64,000 nt of DNA from contig JBNMJH010000009.1 of NCBI GenBank assembly GCA_050873685.1, positions 43,591-107,590 on the forward strand, given 5' to 3'. Source of the DNA: Treponema sp. Its GTDB lineage: Bacteria; Spirochaetota; Spirochaetia; Treponematales; Treponemataceae. How positions within the stretch are numbered: the stretch's first letter is position 1; each line of letters begins with the position of its first letter. The notes under the pieces are model-generated. The model worked only from the letters and a program-made list of their open reading frames with translations. It searched no databases and had not been told where the DNA came from. The position numbers and the translations under genes are program-made. Below are positions 23,385-30,980 of this stretch, piece by piece.

Positions 23385-24224
23385 TTATTCCTCATCATAA
23401 TCTGCTGGAATTGGATTGCCCTGAATATCAGAATAAGCAATGCTTCCTTTTACAGTCTGCTTATAATAAACTGTTAGATAGCGTCCAATTCTCTGCTGAG
23501 TTTTCTTTTCAAAACCTGTTACAGTATTTGAAATAGTCGCTGTTTCATAAGTTTCTGATCCGTCAGCATTCTGAAGTTCAACTTTATAAGAACCATCATC
23601 ATTTGCAGTAACAGCAATTTTTACAACAAGGTTTCCATCTGTAAGAGCAACAGAAGTATTTTCCCATGCTCCGCTTGTAGGAATAATCTGAGTTTCTTTG
23701 CCAAGTTCTACTTTATCATCGCCAATTTTGTCTGTAAAATCAGAACTGTTGTTATAGCCAAATACAGTTTCAGGAGTTTTCTCTACCCAAGAAACATACC
23801 ACTGAACTTTTTTTGTATTAACATTGTAACGAACAGAAGCAATTCCAAATGTATATACTTTTACACTCTTATCTTTTCCGTCCTGTTTTACTTTTTCAGA
23901 ATCATCATATTCACCAAATACAAATCCAAGTCCTGCATTAGAAACAACAGAATGGCTAGCATCAGTTGCAGACAACTCTGGCTTTTCAATTGTAATCAAC
24001 GCATTTGAACTATAGTGATTTGTTTTTGTAGTTTTAAATCCACGGTAGTAGTTGTAACCAGCAGCATCATCCGCTGTAACAGTGTCGCTTGCCTGACCAT
24101 GAGTAAATTCAATGTTTTCTCCATTGATTGCATCACCATCATCAGAGCCATCCGCACATCCCGCAAAACCAAACACCAATGCAGCGGCAACTGCACTACT
24201 TAAAAGAACCTTTGAAAGTTTCAT
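23385..24224 (-). CDS. surface lipoprotein, variable cassette A (currently joined to promoter/ATG: ON configuration)
   Basis: MKLSKVLLSSAVAAALVFGFAGCADGSDDGD has an AGC lipobox. A strong promoter and RBS sit upstream. The protein is distantly similar to cassette B: YYRGFKTT/YRRYWKQF, AGLGFVFGE/AGFAFDYNK and NLVVKIAVTANDDGSYKVEL/NVVTCVVKITQENKKYSVYL. Confidence 0.75.
   Translation of the reverse strand: MKLSKVLLSSAVAAALVFGFAGCADGSDDGDAINGENIEFTHGQASDTVTADDAAGYNYYRGFKTTKTNHYSSNALITIEKPELSATDASHSVVSNAGLGFVFGEYDDSEKVKQDGKDKSVKVYTFGIASVRYNVNTKKVQWYVSWVEKTPETVFGYNNSSDFTDKIGDDKVELGKETQIIPTSGAWENTSVALTDGNLVVKIAVTANDDGSYKVELQNADGSETYETATISNTVTGFEKKTQQRIGRYLTVYYKQTVKGSIAYSDIQGNPIPADYDEE
24190..24213 (-). 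repeat. inverted repeat IR-L (24 bp, perfect match to IR-R)
   Basis: The plus strand actgcactacttaaaagaaccttt is the reverse complement of aaaggttcttttaagtagtgcagt. It covers codons 5-12 of cassette A. Confidence 0.95.
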
Positions 24225-24256
24225 TTTTTTTCTCCTCTTTTTTGAGTTTTTCTTTA

Positions 24257-24284
24257 ATTATATTTTCATAAGAAAAATTGTCAA
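24257..24284 (-). promoter_or_regulatory. near-consensus sigma70 promoter reading out through IR-L
   Basis: On the minus strand: TTGACA (24284-24279), a 16-nt spacer and TATAAT (24262-24257). GAGGAG follows, 7 nt before the ATG at 24224. Confidence 0.75.
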
Positions 24285-24300
24285 TATTAAAAAAAGTCTT

Positions 24301-24951
24301 CTATTTATAGATTCCTGATTTCCATTTTTCGGAACGGCGATTTTCCGGAATGAATTTGCCTGTGTAGACCAGGTAGCGGTAGAAAGTTCCGGCGGAAACT
24401 CCTATTTCGCGGGCGATTCTGCATTTTGGCGTTCCTGCGGCCAGAAGGGAATTTATTTTTTTGCTCTGCGAAACGCATTTCTGGTTCAGACGGCCTCTTT
24501 TTCCAGGAATTCTTCCAAGTTTCTTGCCGGAAGCTTTGCGGGCGGCAAGCGCTTCCTTTGTTCTCTGGCTTATGAGCTGGCGTTCTATTTCCGCGCTTAT
24601 GGAAAACGCAAAAGCAAGAATTTTTGACTGTATGTCATTTTGAAGAATGAAATTTTCTTTTATTGTCCGGATGTTGCATTCTTTTGCGATGCAGATATTC
24701 AGAATTTCCATAATCATAAAGAAATTTCTTCCGAGCCTCGAAAGCTCCGTGCAGATTATTGTATCGTCCTTCCTGATTTTTCCGAGCAGCGAGCCGAGTT
24801 TCCGCTTTCTGTAGTTCTTTGTTCCGCTTATAGTTTCTTCAATCCAGCCGTCAATAAGAATATTATGGATTCCGCACCACCGCCTTATTTCAAAACGCTG
24901 GTTCTCCACGGTCTGCTTGTCTGTGCTTACACGAATATAGCCGTACGTCAT
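24301..24951 (-). CDS. serine recombinase, resolvase/invertase family
   Basis: MTYGYIRVSTDKQ carries the catalytic Ser context. LSRLGRN and the AEIERQLISQRTKEAL E-helix are present, with a C-terminal HTH (CRIAREIGVSAGTFYRYL). GGTGAGG lies 7 nt before the ATG at 24951. Confidence 0.85.
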   Translation of the reverse strand: MTYGYIRVSTDKQTVENQRFEIRRWCGIHNILIDGWIEETISGTKNYRKRKLGSLLGKIRKDDTIICTELSRLGRNFFMIMEILNICIAKECNIRTIKENFILQNDIQSKILAFAFSISAEIERQLISQRTKEALAARKASGKKLGRIPGKRGRLNQKCVSQSKKINSLLAAGTPKCRIAREIGVSAGTFYRYLVYTGKFIPENRRSEKWKSGIYK

Positions 24952-25064
24952 TTTTTTCCTCACCTTTTTTGAATAAAAAGATACAGGAAATTTCTATTTG
25001 TTTTCAAAATTTGGGAACGGGAGGAAGACTGTATTTTTTATAATACGCAGACAATAAACACACT

Positions 25065-25088
25065 AAAGGTTCTTTTAAGTAGTGCAGT
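25065..25088 (+). repeat. inverted repeat IR-R (24 bp)
   Basis: aaaggttcttttaagtagtgcagt lies in the reading frame of cassette B (AAG GTT CTT TTA AGT AGT GCA GT). Confidence 0.95.
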
Positions 25089-25836
25089 GCTTGTTGCTGC
25101 AATGGCGACAATGTTTGTTGGCTGCAAGGCAGATGAAGATGGCGAGGGCGATACTGACGGTTCAAAGTGGAATCTCACAATGACTGTTGATGCTACAGAC
25201 AGCGCAAAAACTGAACTGACAAAAAAATACCGTCGCTATTGGAAACAGTTTTCCAGAGATGAAAAATGTGCAGAAATCACTACAACACTTACTTTAAATT
25301 TGGATGAATGCATACTTCCTGACGGAGCAGCTTCTGTTGCAGGATTTGCTTTTGACTATAATAAAAATACAAAAGATGCCAAAAAAGTTGATTTCAACTT
25401 GATTGGTGTAAACCCAAAAACACAGAAATTCTATGTAGAAAGATACACTGGAGTTTCTGAGCCGGGTTCAGAATCATTGGACACAGATGAAAAAGCTATA
25501 AGCTCCAACGCAACAGACCTTGAAACTGTAGCAAAATCAAGCGGTTGGTGCAATCTTACAGACAAAATGTACTCTCGAAAGGACAATGTAGTTACTTGTG
25601 TTGTAAAAATCACACAGGAAAACAAGAAATATTCTGTTTATCTTGGAGATGTAAAAGTTGCAGAATACGATGCTTCTGCTTCAACTTACACAAATACTAT
25701 CAACAAGAAAGATTATGCTGTGGGTGGAATTCTTTGCTACGGTAACGCTGAAAAAGGCGTAAAACTTATTGCAAACTACAGCACAAATAAGAGCGATGTA
25801 ACTGGAAAACTGATGGAAAACATCGATGAAAGATAG
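25087..25836 (+). CDS. surface lipoprotein, variable cassette B (currently lacks ATG/RBS/promoter: silent configuration)
   Basis: The frame is open from the TGA at 24970, but it contains no in-frame ATG/GTG/TTG before the GTG at 25087. Upstream of IR-R it reads ATA AAC ACA CTA. With the swapped head the product would be MKLSKVLLSSAVLVAAMATMFVGCKAD (lipobox VGC). Confidence 0.6.
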   Translation: MLVAAMATMFVGCKADEDGEGDTDGSKWNLTMTVDATDSAKTELTKKYRRYWKQFSRDEKCAEITTTLTLNLDECILPDGAASVAGFAFDYNKNTKDAKKVDFNLIGVNPKTQKFYVERYTGVSEPGSESLDTDEKAISSNATDLETVAKSSGWCNLTDKMYSRKDNVVTCVVKITQENKKYSVYLGDVKVAEYDASASTYTNTINKKDYAVGGILCYGNAEKGVKLIANYSTNKSDVTGKLMENIDER

Positions 25837-25857
25837 TTTCATCCGCTAAAAGCAAAA

Positions 25858-25887
25858 AGGCACTTCGGTCGGAAGTGTCTTTTTTTA
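25858..25887 (+). terminator. rho-independent terminator after cassette B
   Basis: The stem is aggcacttc / gaagtgtct with loop ggtcg, followed by TTTTTTT. Confidence 0.7.
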
Positions 25888-25905
25888 TTTTCAAGCAGCG
25901 TATTT

Positions 25906-26847
25906 ATGAAGAAAAAACACTTGTTCAGAAATCTTATTCTCTCAATATTTTTACTTGCATCTTCAAAATGCTTTTCAGAAATTCAAATCATTCCAAACAT
26001 AGGCTTTTCCTTCGGCTCAATGGGAGAATATCTATACTCGCCTTACAGCGCCAACCTGTGGAGCTACCTGGAATGGGAAGAAAAACCGTCCATAAGTGTT
26101 GGAAGCAACTTTTTATTCAAATTGAAAAACAATTATTTTAAATTCAATATTTTCTTCAGTTTGCCTCTAGAATGCGGAAAAATGACCGATTCCGACTGGT
26201 CAGAATCCGGCATAAACTATGCATACTCCGTAAATGAAAACAAAATCAAATGTGCTTTCCGTTTGGAAACAGAATACAACTACGAATTCTATCTTAACAA
26301 TTTCTTAAGCATTTCCCCTGCCGCGGGAATAAAGTTCTTTTATTCTTCATACAAAGCCAGAAACGGTTACGGATGGTACGGAACAGAGGAATGGTCAAAG
26401 AACGGCGAACTGGTTTCCTGGAACGATGACAATGCGCATTACTTTCCAGATGAAAAATACAAACTCGCCGGAATTGACTATTCAAGATGCACGTTGATTT
26501 TTAACACAGGCTTTTTTTTCAACTTAAGGCTAAAGAAGACAAAAATAAGCGCAGGTTTTCTTTTTAGTCCGATTTCCTACATTTATGCGCTAGACCATCA
26601 CCTTGGAAAAACAAACAGTTTTAAATATGAAGAAATACAATATCCACTTTTTAAGTATTATGAAACAACACTTGAAGCATCCTACAAAATAAACAGGCTT
26701 TTAAAGGCATATTCAAAAATCAGCTATATCTTTGGCTTAAAAAGCAAAGGCGAAAGCTATAAAAATTCATCTTCAAAATCATATCAAAAATCCGGTTCGG
26801 ACTTTTATTCGGCAGTTTTCTGCGCAGGACTAGGATTTTGCTTTTAA
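25906..26847 (+). CDS. omptin-like outer-membrane beta-barrel (putative protease), paralog B
   Basis: It has a signal peptide MKKKHLFRNLILSIFLLASSKCFS and a C-terminal GLGFCF. MTDSDW matches the DxDW region and LDHHLG the DxH region. It is collinear with paralog A: GYGWYGTEEWSKNGELVSWN versus GYGYFGAEDYSLNGKDVPWN. Confidence 0.55.
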   Translation: MKKKHLFRNLILSIFLLASSKCFSEIQIIPNIGFSFGSMGEYLYSPYSANLWSYLEWEEKPSISVGSNFLFKLKNNYFKFNIFFSLPLECGKMTDSDWSESGINYAYSVNENKIKCAFRLETEYNYEFYLNNFLSISPAAGIKFFYSSYKARNGYGWYGTEEWSKNGELVSWNDDNAHYFPDEKYKLAGIDYSRCTLIFNTGFFFNLRLKKTKISAGFLFSPISYIYALDHHLGKTNSFKYEEIQYPLFKYYETTLEASYKINRLLKAYSKISYIFGLKSKGESYKNSSSKSYQKSGSDFYSAVFCAGLGFCF

Positions 26848-26926
26848 AATAAAAATCTCCAAAAAAAATAACAAAAATCCGCTTCCCGAATAAAAAAAAC
26901 ATTTCTCACAGCAGGCAGGCAAATTC

Positions 26927-27024
26927 TCAGTGAGAATCCATCAGAAACTCAGTGAGAATTTATTTTTCCGCACTGAGAATTTAAAAAAAAGCAGTGAGTT
27001 TCCAGCAAAGAGCAACTGAGATTT
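26927..27024 (+). repeat. five phased direct repeats of (C)AGTGAGAATTT-like motif, 21-22 bp apart
   Basis: The TGAG cores start at 26931, 26953, 26974, 26995 and 27017. The first copy forms the palindrome attctcaGtgagaat with 26923-26929, and an inverted copy atttctca lies at 26901-26908. Confidence 0.8.
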
Positions 27025-27034
27025 TTACGCTTCA
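27018..27034 (+). repeat. 17-bp direct repeat, left copy (gagatttttacgcttca + A-run)
   Basis: It matches 27945-27961 exactly, and both copies are followed by an A-run. Confidence 0.9.
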
Positions 27035-27178
27035 CAAAAAAAAATACATATACAATCTTTGCAACCCATTTTCATTATATTATAAACACCTGCATAACTT
27101 GCGTACGGAATTTATTATGAAAAATTACAACCTTACAAAACTGTTTTTTTGTGTTATAATTATCAATAGGAGTCAGCT

Positions 27179-27703
27179 ATGGAAATTAGTATTGAAATTG
27201 ACGGCCTTACAAATTGCCTTGTGAACCGGGCTACTAAGGAAGAATGCGACACTCAATACAGACGTATCTCCAAAACAATAACAAAAGCTGATGCAGAAAA
27301 ACTTATGGCTAATGGCTGGCTGTTTGACTGGAGTATTCCTCATTCAAATGGATATGAAATATATGAACTCCTGATAAAAGGCTCAGAAGAACGGCAGGGC
27401 TTGATTGCTTTAAAACACATCAGGGATCAATTATATACCCACGTTGATGTAGTAGAATCAGCTCCAATGAATCGTGGCAAAAGCGGCATTTACCAAGGAG
27501 TTGGCGCGCATTTATTTGCAATTGCCTGCAAATTAAGCTGGAATGCAGGAAATGAAGGCTTTGTTCAGTTCAAGGCAAAATCAAACTTGGTTGAACATTA
27601 TAGACAGACTTTAAAAGCACAGAACATCGATGACCAGAATATGTTTATTGACAGTTATGCAGCTTTGACACTCATAAAAAAATATTTTTCAGAGGAGGCT
27701 TAA
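27179..27703 (+). CDS. hypothetical protein, possibly GNAT-fold
   Basis: The 174-aa product has QGLIALKHI...VDVVESAPMNRGKSGIYQGVGAHLFAIACKLSWNAGNEGFVQFKAKSNLVEHY, which resembles an acetyltransferase core (beta4-alpha3 with a GxG-like loop). This assignment is from pattern recall only. Confidence 0.45.
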   Translation: MEISIEIDGLTNCLVNRATKEECDTQYRRISKTITKADAEKLMANGWLFDWSIPHSNGYEIYELLIKGSEERQGLIALKHIRDQLYTHVDVVESAPMNRGKSGIYQGVGAHLFAIACKLSWNAGNEGFVQFKAKSNLVEHYRQTLKAQNIDDQNMFIDSYAALTLIKKYFSEEA

Positions 27704-27704
27704 A

Positions 27705-27923
27705 ATGATTGCAACAAAAGAAAGAGAACCTGTCGTTTGTGATACATACACAATTACACTCTGCGAATCCGATTCTGCAATGAGATTTGGAGAAGAAATG
27801 CCTGATTCAAGACTCACAGAGCCTTCTGATGGAAAGATTTTCCGTTTACGCGAAGCAATTCTTTTATCAAAACGCCTTGGACGTCCTTTAACAAAAGCAG
27901 AAATGAAGCAGTTTGTACTTTAG
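27705..27923 (+). CDS. small hypothetical protein (72 aa), coupled to the upstream ORF
   Basis: The start lies 1 nt after the upstream TAA, and GAGGAGG lies upstream of the ATG. I recognise no motif. Confidence 0.45.
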   Translation: MIATKEREPVVCDTYTITLCESDSAMRFGEEMPDSRLTEPSDGKIFRLREAILLSKRLGRPLTKAEMKQFVL

Positions 27924-27944
27924 GCAGAAGAATCTTCAAAAGCA

Positions 27945-27961
27945 GAGATTTTTACGCTTCA
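27945..27961 (+). repeat. 17-bp direct repeat, right copy
   Basis: gagatttttacgcttca lies immediately before the argS terminator hairpin. Confidence 0.9.
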
Positions 27962-27991
27962 AAAAAAATCAGCGGAATGGATTTTCCGCTG
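27961..27991 (-). terminator. rho-independent terminator of argS
   Basis: An 8-bp perfect stem pairs cagcggaa (27970-27977) with ttccgctg (27984-27991). On the minus strand it is followed by T8. Confidence 0.75.
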
Positions 27992-28011
27992 ACTCAAATA
28001 ATCTAGTTTTT

Positions 28012-29838
28012 CTACATTTTTTCCAGGAACGGAACAAGAACCATGTTCATGGCTTTTTTCATTACGGTCAATGTGCATTCCGCAAGGAAAAGGCGCGCGC
28101 TTTTAAGCTCGGCGGTTTCTGCGTTCACAATTGAGCAGTTCTGGTAGAATTTGCTGAAAAGCTTGCTCAACTCGTAAAGATAAGCCGCCATTACGCTTGG
28201 ATCAAGGTTTTCCGCGGATTTGGAAACTGTTTCCGGGAAGTTGCCGAGCATTTTTATAAGCTCCCATTCTTCCGGAGCTTTCAGGCAGTCCGCATATTCA
28301 ACACTTGCAGAAACACCGGAAGCCTTGGCTTTTTCCAGAATAGAGCTGATTCTTGCGCCCATATACTGAAGATACGGCCCTGTGTTTCCGTTGAAACTAA
28401 GGCTTTCCGCCGGATTAAAAAGCATATCCTTGATTGGAGTCGCCTGCAGAAGATAATAATGCAGAGCCGCAAGCGCAACTTTTTCAGCCACATCGTCCGC
28501 ATCAACATCCGCCTCGCGGCCACGCTCCTCTATCGCCTTCAGAGCGTCGCTGTGCAGGGAATCCAGAAGGTCGTCCGCATCAACAATTGTTCCTTCACGG
28601 CTTTTCATGCGTCCGCTAGGCAAGTTCACAAGCCCGTAGCTCAGATGGTAAAGTTTTTCAGCCCAGTCAAAGCCAAGTTTCTTCAAAATATAGAACAAAA
28701 TCTTGAAATGATAGTTCTGCTCGCTTGCAACTACATAAACCAGCTGGTTAAAAGGCCAGTCCGCATGTCGGCTGATTGCAGTTCCAATATCCTGCGTAAT
28801 ATAAACAGAAGTTCCATCCTTGCGCAGAAGAACTTTCTCGTGACTGTCCTCATCTTTTCCCTTGCCTACAACGTCTGTAACATCAATACGAACAGAGCCG
28901 TCCTCCGCCTTGAAGAAAATGCCTTTTTCCAGGCCTTTCAGGATTTCATCCTTTCCCTTCAAGTACGTTTCGCTTTCAAAATAGAACCGGTCAAAAGAAA
29001 CTCCGGTGCGCGCATAAGTTTCCTTGATTCCGCTGATTGTCCAGTCGTTCATTTTCTTCCACAAAGCATGAACTTCCGGGTCGCCGGCTTCCCACTTAAC
29101 AAGCATTTCCTCTGCCTGCGCAAGAGCCTCCGGATGAGCTGTTTCCGGCTTGTCCTTCTCGCCTTTCAGCCAGCGGTCGAACTCAACATAGCACTGGCCG
29201 ACAAAATGGTCGCCCTTTATTCCCAATGATTCCGGAGTTTCGCCTTTAGCCTCGTGGAACCACTTGTATGCAAGCATGCTTTTGCAGATGTGAACGCCTC
29301 TGTTGTTCACAAGATTTACCTTTTGAACTTCAGCGCCGGCGGCTTTCAGAATGCGGCTTACAGACTCTCCGAGCGCGTCATTTCTTAAATGTCCAAGATG
29401 AAGCGGCTTGTTTGTGTTAGGAGCAGAAAATTCAATCATAACTTTTCTGCCGTCAAGGAAAGGTTTTCCTTCTTCATTCAAAGAACCGTACTTTTCGCCC
29501 TGCTCAAAAATCTTTTTCAAGATTGAGCCAGCCTGGTCAGCCTTGTTAAGCTTCAGGTTCACATACGGGCCAACAGCGGCAAATTCACCGCAAGTTTTCG
29601 CCTCGCCTGAATATTTTTCATTTATAATTTTTACAACTTCAGCTGAAATCTGCGGAGGCGCCATGCGCAAAGCCTTTGCAAAAGCAAACATCGGAACTCC
29701 AAGGTCGCCCATTTCCGGATTCGGCGTAGTCTGAACCACAATTTTTTCCTCATCAACAGAATCTCCGCCCTTTGTTGCCATAAAATCGTTGAGCGCATTG
29801 CAAACAACTTTTCTCATTGCAGATTTCACATCAGCCAT
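28012..29838 (-). CDS. argS: arginine--tRNA ligase
   Basis: SAPNTNKPLHLGHLRN is the class I HIGH region. The length (608 aa) and the C-terminal anticodon-binding region are typical. Confidence 0.9.
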   Translation of the reverse strand: MADVKSAMRKVVCNALNDFMATKGGDSVDEEKIVVQTTPNPEMGDLGVPMFAFAKALRMAPPQISAEVVKIINEKYSGEAKTCGEFAAVGPYVNLKLNKADQAGSILKKIFEQGEKYGSLNEEGKPFLDGRKVMIEFSAPNTNKPLHLGHLRNDALGESVSRILKAAGAEVQKVNLVNNRGVHICKSMLAYKWFHEAKGETPESLGIKGDHFVGQCYVEFDRWLKGEKDKPETAHPEALAQAEEMLVKWEAGDPEVHALWKKMNDWTISGIKETYARTGVSFDRFYFESETYLKGKDEILKGLEKGIFFKAEDGSVRIDVTDVVGKGKDEDSHEKVLLRKDGTSVYITQDIGTAISRHADWPFNQLVYVVASEQNYHFKILFYILKKLGFDWAEKLYHLSYGLVNLPSGRMKSREGTIVDADDLLDSLHSDALKAIEERGREADVDADDVAEKVALAALHYYLLQATPIKDMLFNPAESLSFNGNTGPYLQYMGARISSILEKAKASGVSASVEYADCLKAPEEWELIKMLGNFPETVSKSAENLDPSVMAAYLYELSKLFSKFYQNCSIVNAETAELKSARLFLAECTLTVMKKAMNMVLVPFLEKM

Positions 29839-29894
29839 AGTAAAACTCCATTTTTCAAAAAAAAAGGAATGCTTAAAGCATTCCCTTTGACAAG

Positions 29895-29976
29895 TGCGGC
29901 GAACAGGACTTGAACCTGCACGTCTTGCAACACAAGGACCTCAACCTTGCTTGTCTACCAATTCCAACATCGCCGC
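29895..29976 (-). tRNA. tRNA-Leu (anticodon GAG), type II with long variable arm
   Basis: The reverse complement is GCGGCGATGTTGGAATTGGTAGACAAGCAAGGTTGAGGTCCTTGTGTTGCAAGACGTGCAGGTTCAAGTCCTGTTCGCCGCA. The acceptor stem is GCGGCGA/TCGCCGC, the anticodon stem CAAGG/CCTTG with loop TTGAGGT, and the T-loop TTCAAGT. CCA is not encoded. Confidence 0.9.
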
Positions 29977-30067
29977 AGGTGAAAATAATATATAAAAAAA
30001 TAAGATTTATGTCAATAATATTATCTGTATTTTTATATTTTTTTTCATCCGCGGAAACTTGAAAAAC

Positions 30068-30892
30068 TTAGCGGACAAGCTCGTACTGCTTCCACAAGTC
30101 AATAAATTCAAGCATATACTGCTGGACGCCGCAGAACCATTTTTCCTGCATACGGCAGGCTGGAACCCCAATATATCTGAAGTGCCAGCTTTCCCAGCGG
30201 TAGCCTGTTATATCCTCGTACTGTTTCGGGAACGAAAGGCTCCAGCCGAATTTCGAGCCGTTCTTGTAAATCCACTTTCCCATCTCGGTGTCTGCAAAAT
30301 CATCTGTAATCGAGCCAAAATCAATCGCAACGCCAAGCTGGTGCTGGCTTGTTCCAGGCCGAGCGCTTTCCCTTTCAGCTTCCTCCAGGCCGTCAACCTT
30401 AACCCAGTAGTTAAAAAGATTTTTCTGGTAGTCATATGAACGGTAAGTTGAGCTCACAAGAAGCCGGATTCCGTCTTTCAGCGAAGCCTGAGCCATTTCG
30501 CGCAAAGCCTTTTCCACGTCCGGGCGCAGCGAAAGGTCGTTCCGGTTGAGCGAGTAAAATTCATTTTTCACAAGAGGAACCAAGTCCTTCGGAACGTAAG
30601 TTGAAGAAACAGGATGTCTTTTATCAATAAGATAATAAAGGTTCAAGTCATCGCTGCGGTATTTTTTCTCTTCAGAAAGCACATTGTACAAGTCTGAAAG
30701 AAATTCATTTTTGTCGGAAATAACTATTTCTTCCTGCGCGCGTGGTGACATTTTTGAAAGAATTTCGTCAATCTTCACAAAATCCGGTTTTTCAGCTTTC
30801 CGCGCATTCTGCGCCGGCTGCCCCGATTTTTTCTGTGCGCAAGCCGCAAATGAAACAAGAGCGGCAAGCATAACTAGAATATATTTTTTCAT
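30068..30892 (-). CDS. M15-family (VanY-type) D-alanyl-D-alanine carboxypeptidase lipoprotein
   Basis: The zinc ligand motifs are SQHQLGVAIDF and ESWHFRY, with SSTYRSYDYQ also present. The signal peptide MKKYILVMLAALVSFAAC carries a lipobox. Confidence 0.8.
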   Translation of the reverse strand: MKKYILVMLAALVSFAACAQKKSGQPAQNARKAEKPDFVKIDEILSKMSPRAQEEIVISDKNEFLSDLYNVLSEEKKYRSDDLNLYYLIDKRHPVSSTYVPKDLVPLVKNEFYSLNRNDLSLRPDVEKALREMAQASLKDGIRLLVSSTYRSYDYQKNLFNYWVKVDGLEEAERESARPGTSQHQLGVAIDFGSITDDFADTEMGKWIYKNGSKFGWSLSFPKQYEDITGYRWESWHFRYIGVPACRMQEKWFCGVQQYMLEFIDLWKQYELVR

Positions 30893-30980
30893 TTTGCACC
30901 TCACAAGTTTTCACAAGAATTATCGGCGGCCAACGCAAGGATTAAAAGCGTTTTTCAACCTGCAAATCCCGAATCTAAAA

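Larger units (their letters stand above)
24214..25064. other. predicted invertible DNA segment (invertase gene + outward promoter/RBS/ATG+4 codons)
   Basis: It is bounded by the perfect 24-bp inverted repeats and contains the recombinase gene and the only expression signals for the flanking lipoprotein genes. Confidence 0.65.

Noticed and set aside
25039-25044. Plus-strand TATAAT inside the invertible segment facing cassette B, as a second outward promoter.
   Set aside because: There is no acceptable -35 at 16-18 nt (TTGGGA is 22 nt away), and no RBS or start codon follows. The same A/T palindrome may instead be the -10 (TATTAT) of the recombinase promoter on the other strand. It is not called.
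26880-27060. Integron attC site or gene cassette, considered because Treponema chromosomal integrons are known.
   Set aside because: I could not find the RYYYAAC...GTTRRRY attC core pair, and there is no IntI-type tyrosine integrase in the window. The repeats are direct and phased, not an imperfect attC palindrome.
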